A program made the position numbers and the translations under genes. DNA of 64,000 bases from Bacillota bacterium (GTDB lineage: Bacteria > Bacillota > Sulfobacillia > JAUYEG01): NCBI GenBank assembly GCA_040766985.1, contig JAXGPL010000002.1, positions 98,847-162,846 on the forward strand, in the 5' to 3' direction. Positions 50,167 through 60,917 of the stretch are shown piece by piece. The notes below the pieces were generated by a model. That model did not search any database. It had not been told where the DNA came from and was given only the letters and a program-made list of their open reading frames with translations. Numbering within the stretch: the first letter of the stretch is position 1; each line of letters begins with the position of its first letter.

Positions 50167-51879
50167 GTGTTGCCGCAGGCTGACAGGGCCAGGATCCAGG
50201 CCGGGCCATGGAGACTTGCCGGCCTGCTTCTGCTGGTCACGATTGTCCTTTCGGTGTCCCCGGCAGCGGGCCCGGCCTGGCCCGCAGAAGCGGCTCCCGC
50301 GCTGGCGATCAGGATCGGCCTGGCCTGGGACCGGTGGGCGGCCGAATGCGCCGGCCAGCCTTCGTCCGGGATCGGCTCGGCCGCCCCGGCCTGGCGGTGG
50401 CCGGCAGCCGAAAAAGGCGTAGCTGCGGTTTCACCGGAAGGCGTATCTCCCGCCCGAGGTAGCTATCTGGTTGGCACGGCCGGCCCCGCCGTGGCCTTGG
50501 CAGCGACCGACAGCGCTTGGCTCGCGCGGTCCGCGCAGGCGGCCGCGGCCCGCGCTGCGGTGCGTGGCAACACAGCAGGCATCGCGTGGGGCGTTGGAAC
50601 CGTCCTCCGCAGGGCCGGACCGACCTGGTATTGCCTCCTTGACCCGGCTGCGGGAGATGCCGCGACGGTAGCCGCCGCCGCGGCAGGAATGACTCAGGCA
50701 GGTTGGCCGGCCTTCACGCTGGACTGGCCCCGCAGCCCGGGGGCGCCCGGGCCAAGCGGCTCCGGTGTGGCGATAGCGCTCGACGGCGGCCACGCCGGCA
50801 TGCCCTTCCCGACTTCGTTTCCGGCCCTCTTCTCCGCTGCACAAGACGGCTCGCCCGTTCGTCACGCAGGCCAGCCCTACCGTGGAGCGTTGCAGGTGGT
50901 CCGGGCCGGCGAACGCGGGTTGTTCTCGGTGATCAACCGTTTGGACATCGAAGACTACCTGCTCGGGGTGGTCCCCTCCGAGATGCCCGCAGCATGGCCG
51001 ATTGAGGCCCTCAAGGCCCAGGCGGTCGCGGCCAGGACGTATGCTGTCGCGAACCTCGGCAAACACGCGTCGCGCGGGTTTGACCTCTGCGATGACATCC
51101 ATTGCCAGGCGTACCTGGGGTACAACAACGAGTATGCCAGCCCGACAGCTGCGGTCCGCGCGACCGCGGGTGTTGTCGCCACATACGGAGGCAGGCTAAT
51201 CAATGCCGTCTACCACGCGCACGCCGGCGGGGCGACGGATTCGAGCGCGGTGATCTGGGGCTCGGCCGAGCCGTATCTCGCCGGGACGGACCGGACGTAT
51301 GAGAAACCGTACTACTGGACAGCCAGCGATTCGCGCGGCGAAGTCGAACGGGTGGTCGCCACGGCGTTTCCCGACGGGGTGCCTGAGGGGTTGTTCCCGC
51401 TGTTGCGGATGACGCCGACGCACTTCACGGCTGGGCACCGAGCCTTGCGCGTGGACCTTCAGGGCGCGGGGGCTTCGGCGCAGATGACGTCGAGCAAGCT
51501 GCGCGCCGGCCTCGGGACGTATCGTCTTCGCGATGCCAACTTCGGCGCCTGGGCGGTATGGGTTGCGGTGCTATGGCCCGATGCAGGGGCAGCGGCTGCG
51601 CTCGAGGCTGCGCAACAGGTGGTTACCTGGGCGCCGGGCGCACGCGGCGAGGGAGTCGTGGTGACCTATGTCGACGGTGATGGTGGCAAAGCCCCGATCC
51701 CGGGCACCCTCAGCTGGCTCGACCCGGCCTTCTTCGTCTTCTCGGGGCAGGGATTTGGGCATGGCGTTGGGATGAGTCAATGGGGCGCGCGGGAAATGGC
51801 CGCCGTCGGCAAATCGTATCGCGAGATCTTGACCAACTTTTACCGCGGGATAACCCTTGCGGGCAACTACGGACGTTGA
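50167..51879 (+). CDS. SpoIID/LytB domain-containing protein (large form)
   Basis: N-terminal signal/TM segment. An Ala-rich region of about 240 aa, then the SpoIID domain (YLLGVVPSEMPAAWPIEALKAQAVAARTYAV, CDDIHCQAYLGY, AVYHAHAGGATD, GHGVGMSQWGA). Confidence 0.85.
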   Translation: MLPQADRARIQAGPWRLAGLLLLVTIVLSVSPAAGPAWPAEAAPALAIRIGLAWDRWAAECAGQPSSGIGSAAPAWRWPAAEKGVAAVSPEGVSPARGSYLVGTAGPAVALAATDSAWLARSAQAAAARAAVRGNTAGIAWGVGTVLRRAGPTWYCLLDPAAGDAATVAAAAAGMTQAGWPAFTLDWPRSPGAPGPSGSGVAIALDGGHAGMPFPTSFPALFSAAQDGSPVRHAGQPYRGALQVVRAGERGLFSVINRLDIEDYLLGVVPSEMPAAWPIEALKAQAVAARTYAVANLGKHASRGFDLCDDIHCQAYLGYNNEYASPTAAVRATAGVVATYGGRLINAVYHAHAGGATDSSAVIWGSAEPYLAGTDRTYEKPYYWTASDSRGEVERVVATAFPDGVPEGLFPLLRMTPTHFTAGHRALRVDLQGAGASAQMTSSKLRAGLGTYRLRDANFGAWAVWVAVLWPDAGAAAALEAAQQVVTWAPGARGEGVVVTYVDGDGGKAPIPGTLSWLDPAFFVFSGQGFGHGVGMSQWGAREMAAVGKSYREILTNFYRGITLAGNYGR

Positions 51880-51889
51880 GGTGAGCCAA

Positions 51890-53218
51890 GTGGGCAGACC
51901 GGCCGATCCTTCCTGCTTATCCGGCGCGCAAGTGACCGTTCTCAACAACGGGCTGACGGTCGTCGCGGAGCCCATGCCCTCGGTGCGGTCCGTGGCGATC
52001 GGCGTATGGATGCTGGCCGGTTCGCGCCACGAGAAACCCGAAGAGCAGGGGATATCCCACTTCATCGAGCACCTGATGTTCAAGGGGACCCAGCGGCGGT
52101 CCGCGCGCGAGATCGCCGAGGTAATGGATCAGGTCGGCGGCCAGCTAAACGCCTTTACGACGAAGGAATACACTTGTTACCACGCCCGCGTCCTCGACGA
52201 CCACCTTCCGCTGGCGATCGACGTCCTCTCGGATATGCTCAGGGCCTCCCTGCTGCGCGAAGAAGACATCGAGCGCGAAAAGGGAGTGATCCTCGAGGAG
52301 ATCGGCATGTACCAGGACACGCCCGACGAGATGGTCCACGAGCTGTTCGCCCAGGCCCTCTGGGGTGAGCACCCGCTGGGGCGCTCGATTCTCGGGACCC
52401 CGGCGACGGTCGGGTCGCTCGACCGTGAGAAGGTCAGCTCCTATCTCTCATCGGCATACACCTCCGGCGGCGCCGTCGTTGCGGTGGCGGGCAGCTTTAG
52501 CCCAAGCCGGTTGCTTGACCTCCTCGATAAGTCCTTCGGGACGTGGGGAGGGGACCGTCTGCCGCAGGGCGGCGAGCCGCCGGGGACGCGCGTTGCGACC
52601 CTGACCCGGGCCAAGGAAACCGAACTCGTCCACGTTTGCATGGGCGGCGAGGGACTTCCACTCGCCGACGACGGGATCTACGCGCTAAACATCATGAGCA
52701 ACATCCTCGGCGGGGGCCCGAGCTCGCGGCTGTTTCAGGAGGTCCGCGAGGAGCGCGGGCTGGCGTATTCGGTGTACTCCTATACTTCGGCCTTCCGCGA
52801 CGGCGGGGTGTTCGCAGTCTACTGCGGTTCAGGGCCGGAGCGCATCGGGCAGGCCGTGGAGGTCATCGGGGACGAGTTGCGCCGCATGGCCCACGACGGA
52901 GTCGGCGACCTTGAGCTTTACCGGGCAAAAGAGCAACTCAAGAGCAATATCACCATGGCCCTTGAGTCGACCGGCGCCCGCATGAACCGGATCGGCAGGT
53001 CCCAACTCCTGTTGTCAAAGGTGGTCCCGATCGACGAGGTTCTCGTCAAGATCCAGAACGTGACCGTCGACCACATCCGCGGCCTCGCCGGCAGATTCTG
53101 CGATCCCAACCGCCTCTCGGTGGTCGCCATCGGCCGGGCCCCCGACAAACTTGACCTCAGGGCCGCCCTGCGCAGAGGCGTTGCAGAAGGGCCTGCCACT
53201 GCCTCCCCGGGGAATTGA
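51890..53218 (+). CDS. M16 family zinc peptidase (MlpA/YmxG-like)
   Basis: Inverted zinc motif HFIEHLMFKGT. Two M16 halves. The start could be GTG 51881 or 51890. Confidence 0.88.
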   Translation: MGRPADPSCLSGAQVTVLNNGLTVVAEPMPSVRSVAIGVWMLAGSRHEKPEEQGISHFIEHLMFKGTQRRSAREIAEVMDQVGGQLNAFTTKEYTCYHARVLDDHLPLAIDVLSDMLRASLLREEDIEREKGVILEEIGMYQDTPDEMVHELFAQALWGEHPLGRSILGTPATVGSLDREKVSSYLSSAYTSGGAVVAVAGSFSPSRLLDLLDKSFGTWGGDRLPQGGEPPGTRVATLTRAKETELVHVCMGGEGLPLADDGIYALNIMSNILGGGPSSRLFQEVREERGLAYSVYSYTSAFRDGGVFAVYCGSGPERIGQAVEVIGDELRRMAHDGVGDLELYRAKEQLKSNITMALESTGARMNRIGRSQLLLSKVVPIDEVLVKIQNVTVDHIRGLAGRFCDPNRLSVVAIGRAPDKLDLRAALRRGVAEGPATASPGN

Positions 53219-53377
53219 GCCAGGCAGGACTGTAGTCGCCGACTTCCAGCCCCGGGACCCTGCCGCGTCTGGCTCCCTCGTCAGGCCATGCGGAGTCCTC
53301 AAGACAAGCACCCGCTCCTTCTGGCTGCACATATCATGTAACTACTGTAGCCAGCCCGAGATCGAGAGGCGAATCCC

Positions 53378-54310
53378 ATGGCCGACCTGCCTGTCGCCGA
53401 TGCCCTTTTTCCGCGCGCTCGAAAGGTGGCAGGCGTCGGAGTCGCCGTCCTCGGCGGCGACGACCGTGAGCGGACCCTGGTGGTGGCCCTGCTCGAGGCG
53501 GGATACCGGGTAATATGCGCGGGCAGGGATCTGTCCGTTCTGGAAACCGTCGCGGGCGCCGAAACGGCCGCTCCCGGAGAAGCCCTTGGGCCCGGCACCC
53601 GGGTCGTCGTCGGCCCGATGGCCGGGATTGCCGCTGACGGAACGGTCTGGAGCCGCGAGCCCCACCCGGGTGCGGCGCTCACGCCGCAAATGCTTGGGCG
53701 ACTGCCGCGGGGGGCGCTTTGGTTCAGCGGCAAGATCAGCGGTCCCGTCGAGGCTGCCCGGCGGGAGATGGGCATCCAGTTCATCGACCTCGCTGAACAC
53801 GACGTCCTCGCCGTCCTGAACGGCGTACCCTCGGCCGAGGGCGCGATTATGATGGCAATGCAGGAATCTCCATTCTGCCTGCACGGTTCGCAATCGCTCG
53901 TCCTCGGATTCGGGCGGACGGCCGGGCCGCTGGCGATGATGCTCGCAGGCCTGCGCAGCCGGGTGACTGTCGTGGCCAGGTCCGATGCGGCGCGCGCGCG
54001 TGCCGGGGCCATGGGGTACGAGGCTGCCGGCTTTGAGGACCTTCCGGCTTTGATGGGCGGGCACCCGCGGTTCTGCTTCAATACAGTGCCTGCCCTGGTC
54101 CTGACCGCCGAGGTGCTCGCGGCGGCTGATCCCGGCATGCTGGTCGTCGACGTTGCGTCAAGGCCGGGGGGGACAGACTTTGCGGCGGCCGCGCGCCTTG
54201 GGATCAAGGCGCTCCTCGCGCCCGGCCTACCGGGACTGGTGGCCCCACGCACCGCGGGCGGGCACCTGGCGCAGATCATCCTCAAGACCCTAAAGGAGCG
54301 GGGATTATGA
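53378..54310 (+). CDS. dpaA: Dipicolinate synthase subunit A (SpoVFA)
   Basis: Rossmann-type VAVLGGDDRE and VLGFGRTAGPLA. NGVPSAEGAIMMAMQ. Followed by dpaB with an ATGA overlap. Confidence 0.88.
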   Translation: MADLPVADALFPRARKVAGVGVAVLGGDDRERTLVVALLEAGYRVICAGRDLSVLETVAGAETAAPGEALGPGTRVVVGPMAGIAADGTVWSREPHPGAALTPQMLGRLPRGALWFSGKISGPVEAARREMGIQFIDLAEHDVLAVLNGVPSAEGAIMMAMQESPFCLHGSQSLVLGFGRTAGPLAMMLAGLRSRVTVVARSDAARARAGAMGYEAAGFEDLPALMGGHPRFCFNTVPALVLTAEVLAAADPGMLVVDVASRPGGTDFAAAARLGIKALLAPGLPGLVAPRTAGGHLAQIILKTLKERGL

Positions 54311-54894
54311 GCCTGGAGGGCAAACGAGTCGGCTTCGCCTTGACCGGTTCGCACTGCAACCTCGAGCCGGTTATTCCGATCCTGGAGGAACTGGTCAAAC
54401 TGGGGGCAAGGGTCACTCCGATTCTCTCGGAAGCCGTTGCCGGACGCGACACGCGCTTCGGACCGGCAAGCCATTGGTACTCCACGGTGCGGGAAGTCGT
54501 CGGCACAAAACCGCTCACCACCATTCCGGAGGTCGAGCCGGTCGGGCCCGAGCGCCTGTTCGACGTTCTAGCGATTTGTCCTTGCACCGGGAACACGATG
54601 GCCAAACTGGCGTCCGCTATCACCGACAGCGTCGTAACGATGGCCTCCAAAGCGCATCTGCGCAACGGGCGGCCGCTGGTTATTGCGGTATCGACCAACG
54701 ACGGGTTAGGGTTGAATGCAAGGAACCTGGGCGTCCTGTTGTCGACGCGCCACGTTTACTTCGTCCCGTTCGGTCAGGATAACCCGAAATCAAAACCAAA
54801 CTCTATCATTGCGGACTTTGCCCGCCTTCCGGCCACGATCGAATCCGCGCTGGAGGGGAGCCAACTGCAGCCGCTGCTGATCGGACGGGAGTAG
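54307..54894 (+). CDS. dpaB: Dipicolinate synthase subunit B (SpoVFB, flavoprotein)
   Basis: KRVGFALTGSHCNLEPVIP, ICPCTGNTMAKLA. Confidence 0.9.
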   Translation: MSLEGKRVGFALTGSHCNLEPVIPILEELVKLGARVTPILSEAVAGRDTRFGPASHWYSTVREVVGTKPLTTIPEVEPVGPERLFDVLAICPCTGNTMAKLASAITDSVVTMASKAHLRNGRPLVIAVSTNDGLGLNARNLGVLLSTRHVYFVPFGQDNPKSKPNSIIADFARLPATIESALEGSQLQPLLIGRE

Positions 54895-54914
54895 CCCATC
54901 TAGGAGGCATGTCC

Positions 54915-55931
54915 ATGACCGGGTATCGAGTGGCAATCGCGGGCGCGACCGGTGTCGTCGGCCGCACCATCATGGAAGTACTGGCAGAAAGGCGGTTTCC
55001 AGTCAGCGAGTTGAGGCTGCTGGCGACGGAGCGTTCGGCGGGGCAAAAGCTGCCCTTTGCGGGGCGGAAGATCGAGGTGAGGATCGCCGCGCCGGATGAC
55101 TTTGAAGGCGTCGACCTCGCCTTCTTCGCCGTGGGCACCGAGGCCAGCCGCGTGCTGGTCCCAATGGCAATCGCAAAAGGCGCGGTCGCCATCGACAAGA
55201 GCAACGCCTTCCGCATGGCCGCCGGCGTGCCGCTGGTTGTGCCCGAGGTCAACTCCCATGCGTTGGCCGGCCATAGCGGCATCATCGCCAGCCCCAACTG
55301 CACGACGATTCAGACGGTCATGGCCTTGAAACCGCTTCTCGACATCGCCGGCCTGGACTGGGTCCATGTCTGCTCATACCAGGCGGTTTCCGGCAGCGGG
55401 CGTGAGGGAATGGACGAACTGCAGGCCCAGCGGCAGGCCATGGCAGCCGGAGAGCCGCCACGGGCAAAGCTCTACCCGTGTCCGATCGCCGATAACGTCA
55501 TCCCGCACATCGATTCGTTCGGCCCCGACGGGTACACCGGCGAAGAGCGTAAGATGCTCACCGAGACCCGCAAGATCCTCGACCTGCCGGACCTCCCGGT
55601 GGCGGCTACGTGCGTGCGGGTTCCTGTGATGGTCGCCCACGCCACTGCCGTGATGGTCAAGACCAAGGAGCCGATCTCGGCACCGGACGCGCGGCGGGCG
55701 ATCGGGGCCTTTCCCGGGGTTGTGCTGATGGACGAACCGGGCACTTTCATCGACCCCCTCGACGCGGCAGGCCGTGACGAGGTCTTGGTGGGGCGGGTCC
55801 GCGAGGCCCCTGGGATGCCGAACACCCTGGAAATGGATCGTCGGCGATAATCTGCAAGGAGCAGCACTAAACGCGGTCCAGATTGCCCAACGCCTGGCGG
55901 AAATGGTCCCCAGGCGGTATCCGGGGAATAG
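54915..55931 (+). pseudogene. asd: Aspartate-semialdehyde dehydrogenase, two compensating indels near the 3' end (about 55835 and about 55900)
   Basis: VAIAGATGVVGRT, ASPNCTTI active-site Cys, SYQAVSGSG. The C-terminal WIVGDNLQGAALNAVQIAQRLAE lies in the +1 frame. Start and inferred TAG (55929-55931) are in the same frame (1017 nt). AGGAGG lies 7 nt before ATG 54915. Confidence 0.85.
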
Positions 55932-55932
55932 C

Positions 55933-57135
55933 GTGCGGATCATCGTTCAGTTCGGCGGGACTTCCGTGTCAACGTCCGAGTTGCGCTCGGACGTGGTGGC
56001 CCGGGTCCGGGAGGCTCTGGACTCTGGGTTGCACAGCGTCGTCGTGGTCTCGGCGAGGGCCGCGGCGACCCCTACGCCACCGACACGCTGCTCAGCCTGG
56101 TCCAGAGCGAAGCCACAGATGCTTCTGGGCGAGCTTGATATGCTGATGTCCTGCGGCGAAATCATCTCGGCCGTGATTACGGTAAACGCGCTTCGGGCGC
56201 GTGGGATCGACGCCGTGGCGATGACCGGTTGGCAGGCCGGAATCCATACCGACGACAACCACCTCGACGCCCAGATCGTCGGTGTCGAGCCCGATGCCGT
56301 TGTTCGCCAGTTGAGGCGGGTGGTCGTGGTGGCGGGTTTCCAGGGGATCACCGAGACAGGTGACATAACCACGCTCGGCCGAGCGACACCACCGCTGCAG
56401 CCAGCGGCCTCGGCGCGGAGGTCGTGGAAACGGCATGGACGTCGATGCTCAAGATCGCGGGATCCGCGGATCGTGCCCGAGGCCAGGACGATCGAAGTCG
56501 TCGGGCATTTCGAGGTGTGTCAGATGGCAAGTGAAGGGGCAAAGGTAGTCCACCCGCGCGCGGTGGAGATCGCGATGCGGTCGAACGTCCCGCGGGTCAA
56601 GTCCACGCAGGCGTCCTCGGCACGCCGATCGCGACCGGGACGAGGCGGATGAGTTGGCCGGTGATCACCGACGGGCGGCCGGTGACGGCCGTGACCCACG
56701 TCCCTGCTCTGAGCCAGGTGATTGTCGAAGGGCCGTCGGGGACCCTTGACCCGGATACCGAACTGCGGGTGTTCGAGGCCATGGCTTCGTCCGGGATCAG
56801 CGTCGATCTTGATCAACGTTTCGCCCGAGGGGTACGTGGTACCGTTCTCGAGCGCCAGGAAGCCGCGCCGTGCAGCCCTGGCGCACCCTCAACCTGTCGG
56901 TCGAAGCTCAAGAACCCCTGCGCCAAGGTTTCCGTGGTCAGGACTGGGATGCGGGGGTGCCTGGAGTGATGGCGAAGGTCGCCCGCGCGCTGGCCCTCGA
57001 GGGTGTGGCAATCCTTCAGTTCGCCGACTCACATGCGACCATATCCTGTCTGGTCGAGGCCAGCACATGGAGAAAGCGACGTTGCCTTCCGCACCGCGAG
57101 TTCGGCCTCGCCAAGACTGCTCCGGTGCCGGAAAG
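55933..57135 (+). pseudogene. dapG: Aspartokinase (DapG-type), heavily frameshifted, stop codon not identifiable
   Basis: VRIIVQ-FGGTSV, MSCGEIISAVITVNALRARGIDAVAMTGWQAGI, VVVAGFQGITETGDITTLGR, DPRIVPEARTIEVVG.FEVCQMASEGAKVVHPRAVEIAM, ACT-domain pieces (VTAVTHVPALSQVIVEG, GVPGVMAKVARALALEGVAILQFADSHATISCLV) in all three frames. The end is approximate. Confidence 0.8.
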
Positions 57136-57140
57136 GTGGA

Positions 57141-58002
57141 ATGGAGTTGGAGCTGGAACGGTTCTTACGGCAATGGTGGTCCTGTTCAACGGCAACCTTG
57201 AGGTTGACTACCGTCGAGCGCGGGGAACTTGCCCGATATTTGGTGGACAATGGTTCCCGAGCGGCTCGTCGTCGCGGGGACGACCGGTGAGTCCCCCGCG
57301 CTGGAGGAACGCGAGAAGCTCGTTGTTCGAAACGGTGCTCGTAGCCGGCAACGCGCTGGTGATCGGGTGCGAGGCTCGAATTCGACCGCCGCGAGCATCC
57401 GGCTGACCAAGCAGGCCGAAGCCATAGGGGTGCCCGCCGCGATGCCTGGTCCGTACGAACAAGCTGCCGCAGGAGGGCTGGCCCGCCACTTCGAAGCGGT
57501 GGCCAAAGCAACCGACCTGCCAGCTGATAATGCTGTACAACGTCCTCGGGCGCACCGGCGTTAACATGCAGGCCGCCACCACGCTGAGGCCTGCCAACGT
57601 GCCCAACATCGTGGCCGTCAAGGAGGCTTCCGCGCAACCTTGACCAGATCACGGAGACCGTCGCGAGTGCGCACCGGAGGGTTTCCAGGTGCTGAGCGGC
57701 ACACAGCCTGACACAAGGACTCTGGCCGCCGTCGGGGCACGGGGCATAGTAAGCGGTAGCGTCACACGCCGGCGGGAGATCGCGGCCAAGGCCATGTGCC
57801 GCGCCTACCGCGAGTGGCGCGGCAACGTGAGCAGGCCATGCACCAGAAGCTGCTGCCGCTGTTCAAGGTGTTGACCATCACAGCCAACCCGATTCCGGTC
57901 AAGGCGCTTCGACTTCGCGACATGGGCCGTGCCGGCTGCCGCTGTCGGGTCCTCACCCGGCGACATGCCGCCGCGGCGGTACGGAGCAACCGGGCTGGTT
58001 GA
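57141..58002 (+). pseudogene. dapA: 4-hydroxy-tetrahydrodipicolinate synthase, heavily frameshifted
   Basis: AAAGGTGG before ATG 57141. Pieces: GTVLTAMVVLFNGNLEVDY / ARYLVDNGSERLVVAGTTGESPALEEREKL / GSNSTAASIRLTKQAEAIGV / GLARHFEAVAKATDLP / NVPNIVAVKEAS / HQKLLPLFKVLTITANPIPVKA. Confidence 0.8.
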
Positions 58003-58213
58003 CCGCTTGCGCGCCGCCCTGTCCGCGGCGCTGTCGGCGCCGACCGCTCCCGCAGTCTGGGGCCACTCTTCGCCTCGACTTGAACCGGTAGACGTACGGT
58101 GGTCCCTGAGGCAATGCCTTCCAGGGGACCGGCAGCTCTGCGGGGATGGGGCCGGGTCCGGCAGCTGCAGTTGGAAGGCGGGTTGTGGGCACGTCACGCG
58201 CCCTCGCGTCAGG

Positions 58214-58242
58214 TTGCCCGGCCCGGGGACCGGGGCTATAAT
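58214..58242 (+). promoter_or_regulatory. Putative sigma-A promoter of rnj
   Basis: TTGCCC-17 nt-TATAAT, about 40 nt upstream of TTG 58286. Confidence 0.5.
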
Positions 58243-58285
58243 TGGTTGGACATTGCCTGCATTTTGACCCTGGAGTGATCTGCTC

Positions 58286-59947
58286 TTGAGCACCAATCGC
58301 CTATCGGTTTCATTTCTCGGCGGCCTCGGCGAGATCGGCAAGAACGTCATGGCCCTCACCTACGGCGGCGAAACCCTGATCATCGACTGCGGGTTGACCT
58401 TCCCGGACGATGAAATGCCCGGGGTGGACGTGGTCATCCCTGACGTCACCTACCTCGTTCAGAACAAGGACTCGATCCGCGGCATCCTCCTGACGCACGG
58501 TCACGAAGACCACACCGGAGCCCTGCCGTACGTGCTGCCGAGCCTCGACGGCGTCCCGGTGTACGCGTCAAAGCTGACGCTCGGCCTGGTAACGGGCAAG
58601 TTGCGTGAGTTGTGTCCCGGCCTCGATCCCGATCTGCGGCCGGTGACGGCGGGCGACAAAGTCACCGTGGGGGCGTTTACCGCCGAGTTCTTCCGCGTCA
58701 ACCACAGCATTCCCGACACGATGGGCATCGCCGTCCGCAGTCCGGTCGGGACCGTCCTGCACACCGGGGATTTCAAGTTCGACCAGACGCCCGTGGACGG
58801 CGAGGTGACCGATTTCCACAGGATTGCCGAATACGGTCGCGAAGGCGTGTTGGTCATGCTCTCCGACAGCACTCACGCCGACCGCCCCGGCTATACGCCG
58901 TCGGAAAAGGTCGTCGGGGTGCGCCTTGACCGGATCATGGCGGAGGCCCCGGGCCGTGTGCTCGTGACTACCTTTGCCTCCAACGTTCACCGCATCCAGC
59001 AGGTTTTCACCGCCGCCGAACGACGCGGGCGCAGGGTGGGGATCGTCGGGAGGTCGATGCTCAACACCGTCGACGTTGCGGGGCGCCTGGGATATCTCAG
59101 GATCCCGTCGGGACTCGTGGTCAACATCGACGAGGCTCTGCGCCTTCGAGACAAGGAATGTGTCCTCCTGGCATCGGGCAGCCAGGGAGAGCCGATGTCC
59201 GCGCTCACCCGGATCGCACGCCACGAGCACCCCCGGGTTGAGGTCAGGGAGCACGACACAGTCGTGATGGCCGCGACGCCGGTGCCGGGCAACGAGAAGA
59301 CCGTCGCCAGGACCGTGGACGACCTCTATCGCGAGGGCGCTCGCGTGATCCAGCCGCCGTATGAGCAGGTCCACGTCAGCGGCCACGCCAGTGAAGAAGA
59401 ACTGAAGATGATGATCAATCTGGTCAAGCCGCAGTACTTCGTGCCGATCCACGGCGAGTACCGGAACCTTGTCCGCCACGCCGAAATGGCACACGAGCTC
59501 GGGGTGCCCAGGGACAACACGTTCATTGTCGAAAACGGCTCCGTCCTGGAGTTTTCGTCGTATCACGGACGGCTTGCGGGGCGTGTCGCCTCGGGTTCGG
59601 TGTTCGTCGACGGCCGCGGAGTGGGGGACATCGGCTCGGCGGTGATCCGCGACCGCACCCAGCTTTCGCAGGACGGCGTGATGGTCGTCGCCGTCACGAT
59701 CGACTCCGCTAAGGGCAAGGTCCTTGCCGGCCCCGATGTCGTCACGCGGGGGTTTGTTTACGTCCGCGAATCAGAGGAACTGCTGAACGAGATCCGCGAG
59801 GCCCTGGCCGACGCACTGCGCGAGCTCGAGGGCGGTCCGATGGACTGGCCGCTCGTCAAGTCAGTGCTGCGTGACAGGGCGCAGGAGATCATCGCCGAAC
59901 TGACGGGCCGTAGGCCGATGATCCTGCCCATGATCATGGAATGCTAG
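58286..59947 (+). CDS. rnj: Ribonuclease J
   Basis: [19 protein letters not shown], metallo-beta-lactamase [12 protein letters not shown], beta-CASP and C-terminal domain. 553 aa, intact. Confidence 0.95.
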   Translation: MSTNRLSVSFLGGLGEIGKNVMALTYGGETLIIDCGLTFPDDEMPGVDVVIPDVTYLVQNKDSIRGILLTHGHEDHTGALPYVLPSLDGVPVYASKLTLGLVTGKLRELCPGLDPDLRPVTAGDKVTVGAFTAEFFRVNHSIPDTMGIAVRSPVGTVLHTGDFKFDQTPVDGEVTDFHRIAEYGREGVLVMLSDSTHADRPGYTPSEKVVGVRLDRIMAEAPGRVLVTTFASNVHRIQQVFTAAERRGRRVGIVGRSMLNTVDVAGRLGYLRIPSGLVVNIDEALRLRDKECVLLASGSQGEPMSALTRIARHEHPRVEVREHDTVVMAATPVPGNEKTVARTVDDLYREGARVIQPPYEQVHVSGHASEEELKMMINLVKPQYFVPIHGEYRNLVRHAEMAHELGVPRDNTFIVENGSVLEFSSYHGRLAGRVASGSVFVDGRGVGDIGSAVIRDRTQLSQDGVMVVAVTIDSAKGKVLAGPDVVTRGFVYVRESEELLNEIREALADALRELEGGPMDWPLVKSVLRDRAQEIIAELTGRRPMILPMIMEC

Positions 59948-59974
59948 CACCCCCCCGCCAACAATACTAGAGTC

Positions 59975-60003
59975 GGGCCCGGCGCGGCGTGCCGCCCGGG
60001 CCC
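59975..60003 (+). terminator. GC-rich hairpin after rnj
   Basis: GGGCCCGG(c)GCGG...CCGC CCGGGCCC, about 12-13 bp. No clear U tract. Confidence 0.4.
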
Positions 60004-60044
60004 TTAACTTGACTCGAGTCTTGACTTGGTGGAGGGGGATTATC

Positions 60045-60917
60045 ATGTCCTACCGCCAGAGGAGGAGCGCTGCGCGGAGGCGGCGTCCCACGGTTCTTCC
60101 TGGCGCCGCCGATCCCGTCGTCAACCCCTGGTTCACCAATCCCGGTGTCCCGGCAGTGCCGGCGGGAGACCGGCCTGAGCACGACCGTCAGGAGCCGGGC
60201 GTGGAAACCGGAGGGGGCGGGACCGGCCAGACTAAGTCGCTTGAGCGCTTCGGTACGCTCCGGCTGCCCACGCCGGGCAAGGGCGAGAACATCCACTGCC
60301 TGACGATCATTGGCCAGGTCGAGGGGCACATCGTCCTGCCGCCGCAGAACAAGACCACCAAGTACGAGCACACGATACCGCAGCTTGTGGCAATCGAACT
60401 CAACCCGGCGATCGAAGGCGTCCTGATCGTCCTCAACACCGTCGGTGGGGATGTCGAAGCAGGCCTCGCGCTGGCCGAGATGATCGCCAGCCTGTCCAAG
60501 CCCAAAGTCTCGCTCATCGTCGGCGGCGGACATAGCATCGGCGTGCCGATCGCGGTTGCCGCGGATAAATCGTTCATCGCCCACACGGCGACCATGACCA
60601 TCCATCCAATCCGGCTCTCCGGCCTGGTGGTAGGCGTGCCGCAGACGTATGAGTACCTTGACAAGATGCAGGACCGGGTAGTCAAGTTCATCGTAGCCAA
60701 GTCGCGGGTTTCCGAGGAAGCTTTCCGGGAGATGATGTTCCGGACCGGCGAACTAGCCAGGGACATCGGCACTGTGCTTGTTGGGTCCGACGCGGTGCGC
60801 TCCGGGCTGATCGACGAGGTCGGCGGCCTCGGGGAAGCCATCGCCACGCTTCAGCACATGATCAGCTCACGGAAGGGGGACCCCGAGGATGCTGCTGTGG
60901 ACACCGCTACCCATTGA
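60045..60917 (+). CDS. tepA: ClpP-fold serine protease-like protein TepA
   Basis: ATG at 60045 after [50 protein letters not shown]. Conserved rnj-tepA-ylzJ order. Confidence 0.85.
   Translation: MSYRQRRSAARRRRPTVLPGAADPVVNPWFTNPGVPAVPAGDRPEHDRQEPGVETGGGGTGQTKSLERFGTLRLPTPGKGENIHCLTIIGQVEGHIVLPPQNKTTKYEHTIPQLVAIELNPAIEGVLIVLNTVGGDVEAGLALAEMIASLSKPKVSLIVGGGHSIGVPIAVAADKSFIAHTATMTIHPIRLSGLVVGVPQTYEYLDKMQDRVVKFIVAKSRVSEEAFREMMFRTGELARDIGTVLVGSDAVRSGLIDEVGGLGEAIATLQHMISSRKGDPEDAAVDTATH

Noticed and set aside
55774-56652. A 292-aa ORF that looks like a novel protein
   Set aside because: It is a chimera of the Asd C-terminus (WIVGDNL..AALNAVQIA) and N-terminal or central aspartokinase segments. 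It arises from indels that remove the asd stop from this frame.
57929-58267. A 112-aa ORF in the dapA-rnj spacer
   Set aside because: It has Ala/Pro/Gly/Arg-rich composition, no ribosome-binding site and no motif. It overlaps the dapA 3' end and the rnj promoter, so it is probably non-coding, although the spacer borders an error-dense block.
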